A DNA stretch of 64,000 nt from Octopus bimaculoides. Its lineage: Eukaryota. Shown piece by piece: positions 1-11,317 of the stretch. The position numbers and the translations under genes are program-made. The notes under the pieces were generated by a model that searched no databases, was not told where the DNA came from, and saw nothing but the letters and a program-made list of their open reading frames with translations. The stretch's first letter is position 1. Each line of letters starts with the position of its first letter. The stretch is taken from contig NC_069004.1 of assembly GCF_001194135.2 (NCBI RefSeq), positions 16,180,754 through 16,244,753 of the forward strand, in the 5' to 3' direction.

Positions 1-31
<31 letters not shown>

Positions 32-58
32 AATGTATGTATATATATGTATAATGTA

Positions 59-108
<50 letters not shown>

Positions 109-166
109 ATGTATTTGTATACGGGGCCTCTTCCTCCTTCTATTATGCTTTTGCTTTCCTCACCAG

Positions 167-289
167 TCATTCATGTCCAGTTGTCATGCTGGCAATATCG
201 TCATAATGAAATTGACAAAAGAGAACACAGAAATCAGGAGAGATGATGACGGAGAATCAACTAACTTTGATACATTTGATGTCAGATGA
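167..289 (+). CDS. Candidate terminal coding exon (SFMSSCHAGNIVIMKLTKENTEIRRDDDGESTNFDTFDVR*), product unknown
   Basis: Pyrimidine tract CTTTTGCTTTCCTCACCAG (acceptor-like) is followed by 40 open codons of non-repetitive sequence, then TGA; AATAAA near 446. No homology recognised. Confidence 0.25.
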   Translation, partial: SFMSSCHAGNIVIMKLTKENTEIRRDDDGESTNFDTFDVR

Positions 290-294
290 TTGAT

Positions 295-296
<2 letters not shown>

Positions 297-376
<80 letters not shown>
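297..376 (+). repeat. (GA)n microsatellite
   Basis: Pure GA run of about 40 units; (TA)n/(TG)n also at 1-105. Confidence 0.95.
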
Positions 377-378
<2 letters not shown>

Positions 379-1300
379 CACTAGTCTGTGTGGATGTGTT
401 TGTGTGTATGTGTGTTCGTTGATGTTGGTATAACCAACAGCTGTAATAAAATAATACCATGCATTTAAAAACACACACACTCACACACACGTGGTGATTT
501 GGAAGATGATTTCCGAGTGTATTTAGGTGGCAAGCAAAGGAGGTGGATGTAGTGGTGGTGGTGGTGGTGGTGATAGTTATGGATGGTTTGATAGATAGGT
601 ATGCCAGAAACAGGCATGTGTGAGAAAGTATCTGGACATAATTTAAATTTCAAGCTCTATAACTATGTATGTTGGTGTAACGGAGTGAATTGGAAAGAGA
701 AATCCACACACCACTTACTTTCCATAAACTATCCATCAGTATGGTTATCAGCAGCGGCAAACATTTTGTAATGGGTTGTCGAGATTTGTGAAATAATTAT
801 TCACCAAAGCAATCACACAATGCAGTGTGTTGCCTTCCCATTTGTGTCTCATAGATATACACCAGCATCATACTGACTGGCTTTCCTCTCATCTTCTCTC
901 TCTCGCCTTCCCTCTCATATAGATCTTAAGTTTTGCCTGCAAAACCTAGAGGCACAATGAATTTTTTTTACGGTTCTCTTTATGTATCCAGATGATTAGA
1001 AAACAAAACAGATCATGTCCTAACATATGAAAAATATGCATTATGTGTCATCAGCTGCTAAGTCTTCTGTATAAAACCTGAAGGCAGAAAGTTATGGTTG
1101 TACATTCAAACGATTGAAAATATGTTATTTTTTTCTTCTTTAATTAAATTAACAACTATAGGAGGAGAAAAAACACAAGAGTGAACAAGCTAATGCAGAC
1201 ATTATTTTTATAGAACATTCTTCACTTTAAATGCAAGCTGGTTGTTTTTAGATTTTATTTCTTAAACTTAAGGGTTACTCACCTATTTATTAAACTATGA

Positions 1301-1763
1301 NNNNNNNNNNNNNNNNNNNNNNNNNNNNNNNNNNNNNNNNNNNNNNNNNNNNNNNNNNNNNNNNNNNNNNNNNNNNNNNNNNNNNNNNNNNNNNNNNNNN
1401 NNNNNNNNNNNNNNNNNNNNNNNNNNNNNNNNNNNNNNNNNNNNNNNNNNNNNNNNNNNNNNNNNNNNNNNNNNNNNNNNNNNNNNNNNNNNNNNNNNNN
1501 NNNNNNNNNNNNNNNNNNNNNNNNNNNNNNNNNNNNNNNNNNNNNNNNNNNNNNNNNNNNNNNNNNNNNNNNNNNNNNNNNNNNNNNNNNNNNNNNNNNN
1601 NNNNNNNNNNNNNNNNNNNNNNNNNNNNNNNNNNNNNNNNNNNNNNNNNNNNNNNNNNNNNNNNNNNNNNNNNNNNNNNNNNNNNNNNNNNNNNNNNNNN
1701 NNNNNNNNNNNNNNNNNNNNNNNNNNNNNNNNNNNNNNNNNNNNNNNNNNNNNNNNNNNNNNN
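1301..1763. other. Assembly gap (N run)
   Basis: N run. Other gaps: 28426-28495, 29426-29506, 30726-31454, 32126-32978, 33760-33839, 35193-35201, 49595-50237, 56050-56149; most abut (TA)n/(GA)n/(CA)n tracts. Confidence 0.99.
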
Positions 1764-2214
1764 TATATATATATAGGATCCTTAGGTTTTTTTATGATGG
1801 AAAGAAACGATTATCATTTGAGTTCAAATCCTTGTGAGACCAATTTTGCCTTATATCCTTTTGAGGTTGATAAAAATAGTACCAGTTGAACACTAGGGTT
1901 GATATAATCAACTTCCTACTACCTTCAAAATTGCTGGTCTTGTGCCAAAAAATTTGTAAAGATTATTATTATTTTTGAAAATATTAGCAGAATCATTACA
2001 GCATTAGATAAAATGCCTTGATGTATTTGTTCCAGTTCTTGATATTATGAATTGAAATCCCATCAAGGTGAGCTCCAAAGTCTATTAAATAAAATTTCAG
2101 TAGAGTATTGGTTTAATCAACTATCCTATTCTGGCTTTGTGCTTATAGAAGCAATTAATCATGGACCAGATTGAAAAGGCTGAAGACCCCTTTCTCTTTG
2201 GCCTAGCCCTCCTT

Positions 2215-2582
2215 TTACTTTTTACTTGTTTTAGTCATTAGACTGCAACCATGCTGAGGTACCGCCCTGGAAGGGTTTAGTCAAACAAATCAACCCCAGT
2301 GCTTATTTTTTAAGCTTCGTACTTATTCTATTGGTCTCTCAGCTGAACTACTAAGTTACAAGGGTATAAACAAGCCAACACCAATTGTCAAGCAATGGTT
2401 GGGACAAACACACATGTAGACACACATATGACTGGCTTCCTTAAGTTTCTGCCTACCAAATCTACTCACCAAGCTTTGGTCAACCCAAGACTGCAGTAGA
2501 AGACACTTGTCAAAGGTACCACACAGTGGTATGGAACCTGTAACCATATGATTGGGAAGTAAACTTCTTACCACACAGCCAT
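2215..2582 (-). mobile_element. tRNA-derived SINE, family B (decayed copy)
   Basis: Colinear with copies at 9310-9645, 48270-48590 and 56455-56780. Minus-strand head GGCTGTGTGGTAAGAAG...GGTTCCATACC is A/B-box-like. Confidence 0.8.
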
Positions 2583-2671
2583 ACTTGTATCCTCATCAAC
2601 TTTTATTGTCCTGTATCATCCTCAATGTTTTTGTGAACTTTAAGTGGTTAATAAAGAAAATATTATTATTA

Positions 2672-3310
2672 TTGAGTGAGAGAGCAGTGCATGCCATCAA
2701 AGTGACACTGGGCTACAAATATAGGAAGCCCAATATGCCCATCATGACTACCAGTCTGATAAGGGTACACTAAGCATAAACAGCACATGACCTTGCAGGT
2801 GAGACCCAATTAGAATTTTCTTTAGGTCAAGTAGCCCATCCTGCCCAAAAGGTCCCTGAATAAGGGTTGTTTAAGGATGATGAACAAAACACCCATGTTT
2901 CCATTGGTGAATTATCCTAACCCCAACCCTAACCCCAAACCCCAAAGAATTTCTCTCAACATATGGCTATGATGCTCCCCCACCACTTCTGCTCTTGATC
3001 AGAGATGCACATATTGTAAACCACTAAGGAACATGATCAACTGTTTATGGTCAAACAACTGACAAACTAATCTGTGATATTGAGCAGAATATTTGCTGTA
3101 GCCCATGTTTTACACCAAGACAAAGCATTTACATAATAACACTGCCAATCAGTTAAGATCAGAGCTGTGCATGCCATCAAAGTGACCCTAGGGTAGAAAT
3201 ATACGAAGCTTATTATACTCAACATGACTACACATCTGATAAGGGTACACCAAGCACATGCATCACAACCATATGTGTGCAACATAGTGACCTCGTATCA
3301 AAATAAACAG
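2672..3310 (+). mobile_element. Interspersed repeat family C (two copies, 2672-3065 and 3160-3310)
   Basis: GAGTGAGAGAGCAGTGCATGCCATCAAAGTGACACTGGG...CTGATAAGGGTACAC recurs at 2672, 3160 and 14388, each time after an AT-rich or (ATT)n tract. Class uncertain. Confidence 0.7.
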
Positions 3311-4446
3311 CGTGATCCTTGTTATGACAAAAATTTTTCTTCTGGCAACACTGCATCTATCCAATGTAATGGATGTGTAAATAGATTCAATAAACCTTTC
3401 GAATTCAAAGAATCTGTGATTTTCTTCCTTTCAAATCAAGGGGGTAATGTCAGTGTAAACTAAATATATTTTGGGGTAATTGGTTAAAAAAGTTCCCCAA
3501 CCTGTGGTCTATATGGATTGTTATTAAAGCTAAAAGGAGACAAAACAGATATTGAATGTGGAGACCCTTAGCATTTAGATGGTGGAATGGTACCAGTGGT
3601 GTATATCAGCTGCTTAAGGAACACTGTCCTAAAGATGTGGAGAATTTGTGTATTGGATAAAACCAAAGATGCTCATGAGCAAGTTTGGAGGAACCAGGCT
3701 GCAGAGAATGATCTGAGCAAATGCTAATTAGAGGTGCTGGGATCATCTCTAACTGGCAGCTTCACACTCCCTTGTGGGTGGATTACCCTTATTTTCATGC
3801 ATTAAGTGTTTTAACTGATTTTTAGTACACTGTATTGCAGTTATGGTTCCTTGCTCTTGTTTCTCTTTGTTTTTGTCTTTTAGTCAGGAGAGAAGGCAAT
3901 CCCTTTGATCCTTTTGCCCTTTTGCCTCTGAAATTGATGGCAGGGAGGGAGGAAGGTATTCTTCAGGCTTTGGCAGAATTTGACCTCAGAATGTATACCT
4001 GGAATAAGTACTGCAAATCATCTGCTTTGGTAATCTTACAATTCTGCCAGTCCACTGTCCAGGATTGATACTTTTTTTATCAACTTTGAAAAAATAAAAG
4101 GTAAATTTGACCTCAGCAGGGTTTCCAACTCTGAGAATTGGATTAGAAGAATCATTTGCACATTGAGAAAAATGCTTTTCAGTATTTGTTCCAACTCTAT
4201 ACATTCTGAATTCAGATTCTACCAAGATCAACTTTAATTTTCATCCTTTCATGGTCAATAAAATAAATACCATTTGAACATAATCGACTGACCCCCTACC
4301 CACCAAATTTCAATCCTTCTACCTGACAGAATCGTTAGCATGCTGGACGAAATGCTTAGCAGTATTTCATCTGTCGCTACACTTTGAGTTCAAATTTTGC
4401 TGAGGTTGGCTTTGCCTTTCATCCTTTCGGGGCTGATTATCATTAT

Positions 4447-4765
4447 GAGGGCACATGGCTTAGTGGTTAGGGTGTTGTACTTATGATCACAAAATCAGGG
4501 TTTCAATTCCGTGACTGACTGGTGCTTTGTGTTCTTGAGCAAAACACTTCATCTCGTGTTGCTCTACAATTATGTTGACATCTGATGTGTGGTACACCAT
4601 GCCCCTGTTCAGGCAACGTTGATTTGATGGAGAGAGTGAGCTAATGTGTAGCACGAACATTTGATCTCTATAAACAAACCATTCGATCATTTGGGCAGGC
4701 CATTGAGCAGGAGCTGAATGCTCATCTTCGATGGGCGAGTCCATCGTCATTATTATTATTATTTG
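4447..4765 (+). mobile_element. tRNA-derived SINE, family D
   Basis: Head GGCACATGGCTTAGTGGTTAGGG (A-box), GGTTTCAATTCC (B-box-like), TTGAGCAAAACACTT, (ATT)n tail; partial copies near 18330-18560 and 47730-47945. Confidence 0.75.
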
Positions 4766-5338
4766 CAGCAGCAGTAGCATTTTGTCTATCTTTATGTTCT
4801 GGGTTCAGATTCCGCTGTGGTTGTCTTTGCCTTTCATCTTTTCAGGGTCAATAGAATAAGTACTAGTTGATGACTGGGCTCAATGCAATCGATGTAGCCC
4901 CTTCCCTGAAACTGCTGGCCTTGTGCCAAAATTTGAAACTATTGCTTTTTATGGTGCTACTTTTGCATGGCCATAACTAACTAGAGTTAACACATTGTTT
5001 TGTTCACAAATCAAATTTTCAGAAGATACCGCATGATATACTACTCTAATGTAGTATATGACAAAAAACAAGCTGTCTTTTCTCATAGAAATGGAAAATG
5101 TGAATAACCTTTGTGAACATGTTTCAAGGGTTTGTTACCAGTTTATATTTGTCCCGATTTAACATTACCAAACAGCATATAAAGTGTGTGTGTGTGTATT
5201 TGCTATATGGAGTATGTAACATGAAATAGTTCATCTGAGAATTGCAGACTTTGGTTCACTGGGACATCCTTACCTGTCCACCATTCTTCACAGATGTGAG
5301 GATAATTGGTTTAAAATTATGATGAAAAAAGAAAGATA

Positions 5339-5604
5339 CAGTTCTATATTTAAGAGATGAGGAATTCTGTACATTATTTACATTTAACGGATATTTGTCC
5401 TCATCTTGTTTGTTGTTAACTCAATGTTTTGGCTGATATACCCTCCAGCCTTCTTCAGGTGTCTTGGGGAAATTTCGAACGAGAACCCAGGTTCGAAATT
5501 TCCCCAAGACACCTGATGATGGCTGGAGGGTATATCAGCTGAAACATTGTGTTAACAACAAACAAGATGAGGACAAATATCTGTCGAATGTAAATAATGT
5601 AAAT
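5339..5604. mobile_element. Fold-back (palindromic) insertion with hammerhead-ribozyme cores; probable non-autonomous Penelope derivative
   Basis: Arms ~5372-5480 and ~5490-5604 are inverted repeats; left arm extends further to 5339. Flanking direct repeat AAAAAAGAAAGA at 5325-5336 and 5605-5616. Same family at 10158-11317. Confidence 0.85.
5508..5553 (+). ncRNA. Minimal type I hammerhead ribozyme motif (CpG-decayed)
   Basis: GACAC-CTGATGA-T-GGCTG-gagggtatat-CAGCT-GAAAC-ATT-GTGTT. Stem I GACAC/GTGTT, core CUGAUGA and GAAA, stem II GGCTG/CAGCY. Mirror copy on the minus strand at ~5417-5462. Confidence 0.7.
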
Positions 5605-5779
5605 AAAAAAGAAAGACTTTAGGATGAAGTTTTAATAATTAATTTACAGAAATTAATTAAAAGTATCAGTTGAAATTATATTATTTTAACATTTTTTAAC
5701 ATTATTACATTTTCTCTATAATTTCAAGAATGGTTTTTAATACTTATTTTTTAAAACTCTATAATTCTTTTACTGGTTT

Positions 5780-6450
5780 CAGTCACTGGAATGAAACCAT
5801 TCTGGGACACTACCTTCAAGTGTTGAAAGTTAATACATGCATAAAAGACTTGAGCAGGGAAGAGATTTGGAAGGGCTGATGATCTGAAGAAGAAGGATTG
5901 GGCATGGTGGTTAATGTGGGGAAAAGAGGGTTTGTACACAACAAGGGTGATTGAGAGGTGGAGAGGAGGGTGGGTCAGTGGTGCCTGAGTGATGGATGTA
6001 TAAGATCAGACAGTTCCAAATAATAGAGGCCATTATAGTAACAACAGAAAAGACAGAGAAAAGAAACAGTTTGCCTGTGGGCTGATGCTAGTGTGTATTT
6101 TAGTGATGGAATGCCAATCAGCTGAGTGGCCCTTCTTTGGATGCTGTTTAGGATGTTAGTGTGTGTGGCAGCAGCATTGTCCCAGATGTACTCCATTGTG
6201 GGCCTTACTGGACTTTGTAGAATGTTGGCACTTATTGGGACCTGAAATATCTTCTGGCCCTGAAAAGAAATGTTTGTTTTGGGGATGAAGTCATAGCCAT
6301 GCTAAGAAGTACTCTTACCAGGAGTGATTTGTGGTGCTAGCTCAAGCATATGAAATGACCATGAAAGCTCCGAGTACCACACGTTTTGATAGGGGTGTTT
6401 TCTTGACATGAGTTATGGTGGTGGTGGTTTCTTGACATGAGTTATGCTTG
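5780..6450 (-). mobile_element. Degenerate CR1/L2/Jockey-group LINE, 3' end of ORF2
   Basis: ORF 5975-6196 MEYIWDNAAATHTNILNSIQRRATQLIG...CYYNG and 5751-5939 SFFFRSSALPNLFPAQVF resemble the post-RT region (EY.S.VW...L.RVQ.RA.RLI; SF.P....LWNSLP). Confidence 0.7.
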
Positions 6451-6661
6451 AGTTTTTTTTTCTTCTGCTATTAAAAATGACAAAATTGTCATGGCCCCAC
6501 TGGAGGATGCTCTCAAGGCCTCCATACTTATTTGACTGGTGCTTATTGGTTTCTATTTATCAGTTTCTTTTTGATGTAAAGAATGCATCTTGATGTAGCA
6601 TAGTTACATTAGTATGCACGTGTGCGCGCACACACACACACAAAATAAGAACAGATAAATA

Positions 6662-7054
6662 GGTTATTTGGTTTTGCTATTATTGTTTCATTAGAAGTTT
6701 TTATTTTGATGTAAGCATAACACAATTGGTTAGATTGTATAATACATTACATAAATTCCAGCTCATCAAGCTATCAAGTAAAACAGGTGAACAATGAGGT
6801 GTTGATTAATCAAATTTAATGTGGGTGTGTAAGGACACACACCTACCTTAAATTTCTTAAATGTTAGTATTCTGGTTAGAAATTTCACTTGTTAATAATC
6901 TGTTGATTAATCAAGAAGTTGTTAACCACCTGTTTTACCTGATTGCCTGATGATTTGGGAGTTATGTAACCTGTTTCACAATCTAACCAATTGTTTTATG
7001 CTTATGTCAAAATATAAACTCCTAATGAAACAATTATAACAATACTAGATAACC
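6662..7054. repeat. Old ~390 bp imperfect palindrome
   Basis: 6662-6814 is the reverse complement of ~6903-7054 (e.g. TTGATTAATCAA, CACCTGTTTT, CAATCTAACCAATTG, CTAATGAAACAAT); CTGATGA at 6947-6953 reads outward. Confidence 0.8.
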
Positions 7055-7789
7055 CATTCATCTATGCTTTTACACCATGCTTAATGCTCCATTCGTTGTT
7101 GAATACTTTCGGATACTATTGGAATTGCAGATTACCAAACAACAATGATCTTCCTCCATCTGGGCCTTCCATGCTATGGTAATGGATTACTTATCTGTCT
7201 GCTTTGCATGACTTTGTCTAGCCAATTACTGACATGTTTCACTTTGATATGCTTTGATCTTTTATGGATCCCTTGTAATCAAAACTGTCTGTCTATATAC
7301 ATACATATGTACGGATGGACAGACATATGTATGTATACTTAGTGAGCTTTCACACAGTTTATGTCTATTAAGTTCTATTCACTAGATATTGGTCTATCCA
7401 AAGTTAAACAGTAGATGACATTTGCCTAAGGTGCTGCACAGTGGGGCTGAACCAATGGCTATAACTGGGATTTAAAAAAAAAGATCCAGTTGAAATATGA
7501 GGTTCTATGCCTTTAATCTTTGTGTCTTTCTAGTTTGATGTGGTTGGAGTTGATGTTGTTGATGTTGTTGATGTTCAGTTTTGATATCTGTAGAGAATCA
7601 TGGGCAGTTCTTAAAGAGGAGGTTTGAACAAAGCTTTAGAGACTGGGACACAGCAAAGATAAGTTTTAGTTTGCTAGTTTAAAAGAGCTGAAATTATTAT
7701 AGTTTTCAGTAGAAGAGACAGGAGGGGATTACAGTGTGTTTTAAATCAATGTGTGTTGCAGCTACTCTAGCTCAGATTTGTGAACTGTA

Positions 7790-8250
7790 GTTTGATGTGG
7801 GTGCACTCCTATGTTAGTACACTTGTAGAGAGCCTGCCACTCTTCATAACTAAATAGTTTTGTGGTCCTAAAGAGTAAGCTTAACATTTGAAATGCTCTT
7901 TTGGTTATGACATATGTGAAGACTAGTATTTTGTTAAATTTGTGAACGCGATGTAGTTGCGGGTCTTCCAGAATGACATGTTTTTGGCCATCTTGGAAAT
8001 GTCTGAAGCACTCGTACACTTGTGTGTGACTCATAAATTCCTCTCCGTACACTTTCTTCAACCTCTGAGCAGATATCATCATGACAACTTTCTCTCTCAT
8101 GGTCAATGTGACAATCACACGCTACACACCTTCCTTCCAAGCACTGCTGTAAACAGCAGAAATGAGCTGGAATGTTAAAACTTAGTGCGCATACACAGCA
8201 TGCTGAAGGTCAGTCTTTGCCATCTCAGCACTTTATCAATACTTTATCAT
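7790..8250 (-). mobile_element. Mariner transposase remnant (N-terminal HTH region)
   Basis: ORF 7762-8118 AQRLKKVYGEEFMSHTQVYECFRHFQDGQKHV matches the mariner N-terminus (L.KVYG...MS...V.EW...F..GR). Confidence 0.65.
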
Positions 8251-9299
8251 CTCCCTTTCTCTGCCCATTTCATGACACCCCCACTTCTCTCTTCATCTGC
8301 ATTGTCTCTCTGCCTTCAAATTTTCTAGACCCTTATCTCATCTTATCTCATCTTCTACATTTTCTATCTCATGCCACTTCCATCTTCCATCCATATTTAT
8401 TCCTTTATCATGGGATAGTGCTGGACCCCTCACACACTCTACCCATTATCCTTTCTACTCTGTCCATCTTTCTCTTTTCCCATTAACCTTTGACTCTACT
8501 CCCTAACATATTTTTCTTTCAGTTGTGGCAGTTCTTTAGTTTTGCCATGAAAATAGAGCCCAATGCACTTTTTAAAGTGGTTGGCATTAGGAAGGGCATC
8601 TAGCCATAGAGGCCATTTCAAAGCAGAGAAATTGGAGCACAATGCAGTCATCCGACTTCTATCTTGTTCAACCATCCAACCTATTCTACCATGGAAAATA
8701 GATGATGATGATGTATTATGTATGTATGTATGTATGTTTATTCAAACCTGGTACATCCTTCTATAACTTCGTTTTCATGTTCTAACCTTTCAAGTGCATG
8801 TGTGTGTAATATGCAATACTCTACCCTAGTAAAAAGATTGTGGAGAGTGCATGGTGGCAAGGCAGGTAAAAAGAGAAAAAAGCAATGAACAAACTTTCAT
8901 GGGCAAATTTTTTTTTTTTTTCAATATGCCTTTAATCCTATTTACTTTATGGTCTAAATCCCTACCTTAGTTATTTATCTGATCTAAACACAAATAAGTT
9001 TCCAGTTCAAAGGCAAAACTAGATTTCAGCCAAAATGAATCTCTGTTAGATGTTTTTAGTTTCTCACTGGAATCACTTTTCCATTCATGCTGCTCTTGTA
9101 TTCAGTGGTTCTTGGCAGATGTGTTTCAATTTTGAAATGGATGTCTTTTGCTTATATAGTGAATACCTTTAGAGCATGGAATGAATAACTTCCATTTCTA
9201 TCTTCTTTTCTATGTAATTCTAAAGTTTTTCATCTGATTATCTTTATGGTGGTGGTGGTCATTATCATCATTGTTGTGAAAATACTTCATGTTTTGTCT

Positions 9300-9645
9300 T
9301 ATTTACTCTTTTACTTGTTTCAGTCTTTTGACTGTGGCCATGCTGGAGCACCGCCTTTAGTCGAGCAAATCGACCCCAGGACTTATTCTTTGGAAACCTA
9401 GTACTTATTCTATCGGTCTCTATTGCCGAACCGCTAAGTTACGGGGACGTAAACACACCAGCATCGGTTGTCAAGCGATGTTGGGGGGACAAACACAGAC
9501 ATACAAACACATACACACACACACATATATATATATATACATATATACGACTGGCTTCTTTCAGTTTCCATCTACCAAATCCACTCACAAGGCTTTGGTC
9601 GGCCCAAGGCTATAGTAGAAGACACTTGCCCAAGATGCCACGCAT
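9300..9645 (-). mobile_element. tRNA-derived SINE family B, well-preserved copy
   Basis: Retains many CpGs (GCCGAACCGCTAAGTTACGGGGACGTAAAC) that are TpG/CpA in sister copies; head truncated at ~9645. Confidence 0.85.
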
Positions 9646-10157
9646 CATTGTCTTTTTTGTCTTTTTTTCATCCTCTTCTACATTCAGTAGAATAAATACC
9701 AGTAAAATCCTGAGGTTGATGTCATCAACCTTTCCGCAAATTTATGACCTTGTAGTTGTCAGAAGCCATAATTATCACTATTTTTTATTGCTCACAGTCT
9801 AAGGGTGGTTGGTTGGCAGAATCATTAGAGCATTGATAAGAATTCTTTATTCTGGCTTTCTATGTTCTGGGCTCAAATCCTGCTGAAGCCAATTCTGCTT
9901 TTTATCCTTTCAAAATTAATAAAATAAAGTACCAGTCATGTGCTGGGGTTGATAGCATTAGCTTTCCCCGTCCCTTCAAAGCTGCTAGTCTTGTGCCTAA
10001 ATTAGAAACAGTTTTCATGGTTTGAGAAATACATCATTTTTTAAAAATCTTTTATCTTTTTCAGTCATTAGACTGTGGCCATGCTGGGGCACCACCTTGA
10101 ATTTTTAGTCAAATGAATCAACTCCAGTATCTGTTTTTTTCTTTAAGCCTTGTACTT

Positions 10158-10897
10158 CAGTTCTATATTTAAGAGATGAGGAATTATGTACATTATTTAT
10201 ATTTGAGACGTTTGTGTTGGTATGGTCATGTACTGCGGACGGACGAGGAGAGCTGTGTGAAGAAGTGCCACTCCCAAACAGTCGAAGGAATCCAGGGTAG
10301 AGGGAGACCCAGGAAGACATGGGATGAGGTGGTGAAGCATGACCTTCGAACGTTGGGCCTCACAGAGGCAATGACAAAAGACCGAGACCTCTGGAGGTAT
10401 GCTGTGACTGAGAAGACCTGGCAAATAAAGTGAGTTCACAGCTGTAACCTACACCAGTGTCACATAAACAGCCCACTCAAAAGTACCTTGGATCGTAGGG
10501 CGATATGCCATGCTTGAGGAGACCTATTGAGTCAAGTACATCAACATCAACAACAATATCAAAATCAAATGGAAATTGTAGTTGTGAACCCTGTGCCGGT
10601 AGCACGTAAAAAGCACCATCCGAATGTGGCCGATGCCAGTGCCGCCTTGACTGGCTTCCATGCCGGTGGCACATGAAAAGCACCATCTAATCATGGTTGA
10701 TGCCAGTGCTTCTGGCTCCTTATACTGGTGGCACGTAAAAAGCATCCACTACACTCTTGGAGTGGTTGGTGTTAGGAAGGGCATCCAGCTGTAGAAACAC
10801 TGCCAGATCAGATTGGGGCCTGGTGCAGCCTCCTGGCTTCCCAGACCCCAGTCAAACCGTCAAACCCATGCCAGCATGGAAAATGGATGTTAAACAT

Positions 10898-10962
<65 letters not shown>

Positions 10963-11317
10963 GTCCTCATCTTGTTTGTTGTTAACATGTTTTGGCTGAA
11001 AAACTCTCCAGCCTTCATCAGGTGTGTTGGAGAAATTTTGAACCTGGGTTCTCATTCCTGAGGCATTTTTTGATGTTTTTATTATTATTATTATTATTCA
11101 GATCACTGCTTGGAATTAAACTCGGAATCCAAGTTTAATTCCAAGCAGTGACCTGATTAATAATAATAATAATAATAATAATAACATAGAAAAATGCCTC
11201 AGGAATGAGAACCCAGGTTCAAAATTTCCCCAACACACCTGATGAAGGCTGGAGAGTTTTTCAGCCAAAACGTGTTAACAACAAACAAGATGAGGACAAA
11301 TATCAGTCTAATGTAAA
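10158..11317. mobile_element. Fold-back hammerhead element (same family as 5339-5604), interrupted by an RTE
   Basis: Left arm 10158-10206 plus 10961-11125; right arm 11135-11317; loop CGGAATCCA; CTGATGAAGGCTG...CAGCC in both arms; 14 bp TSD. Confidence 0.85.
10207..10960 (+). mobile_element. 5'-truncated RTE-clade LINE 3' end with (GAT)n tail
   Basis: RRLCWYGHVLRTDEESCVKKC...GRGRPRKTWDEVVKHDLRTLGLTEAMTKDRDLWR (RTE ORF C-terminus), 3' UTR with ~65 bp internal repeats, (GAT)n tail ~10888-10960. Confidence 0.9.

Noticed and set aside
4447-4520. tRNA gene
   Set aside because: A/B-box heads continue into SINE bodies, and no cloverleaf with an acceptor stem can be formed; they are SINE heads, as at 13-15 kb.
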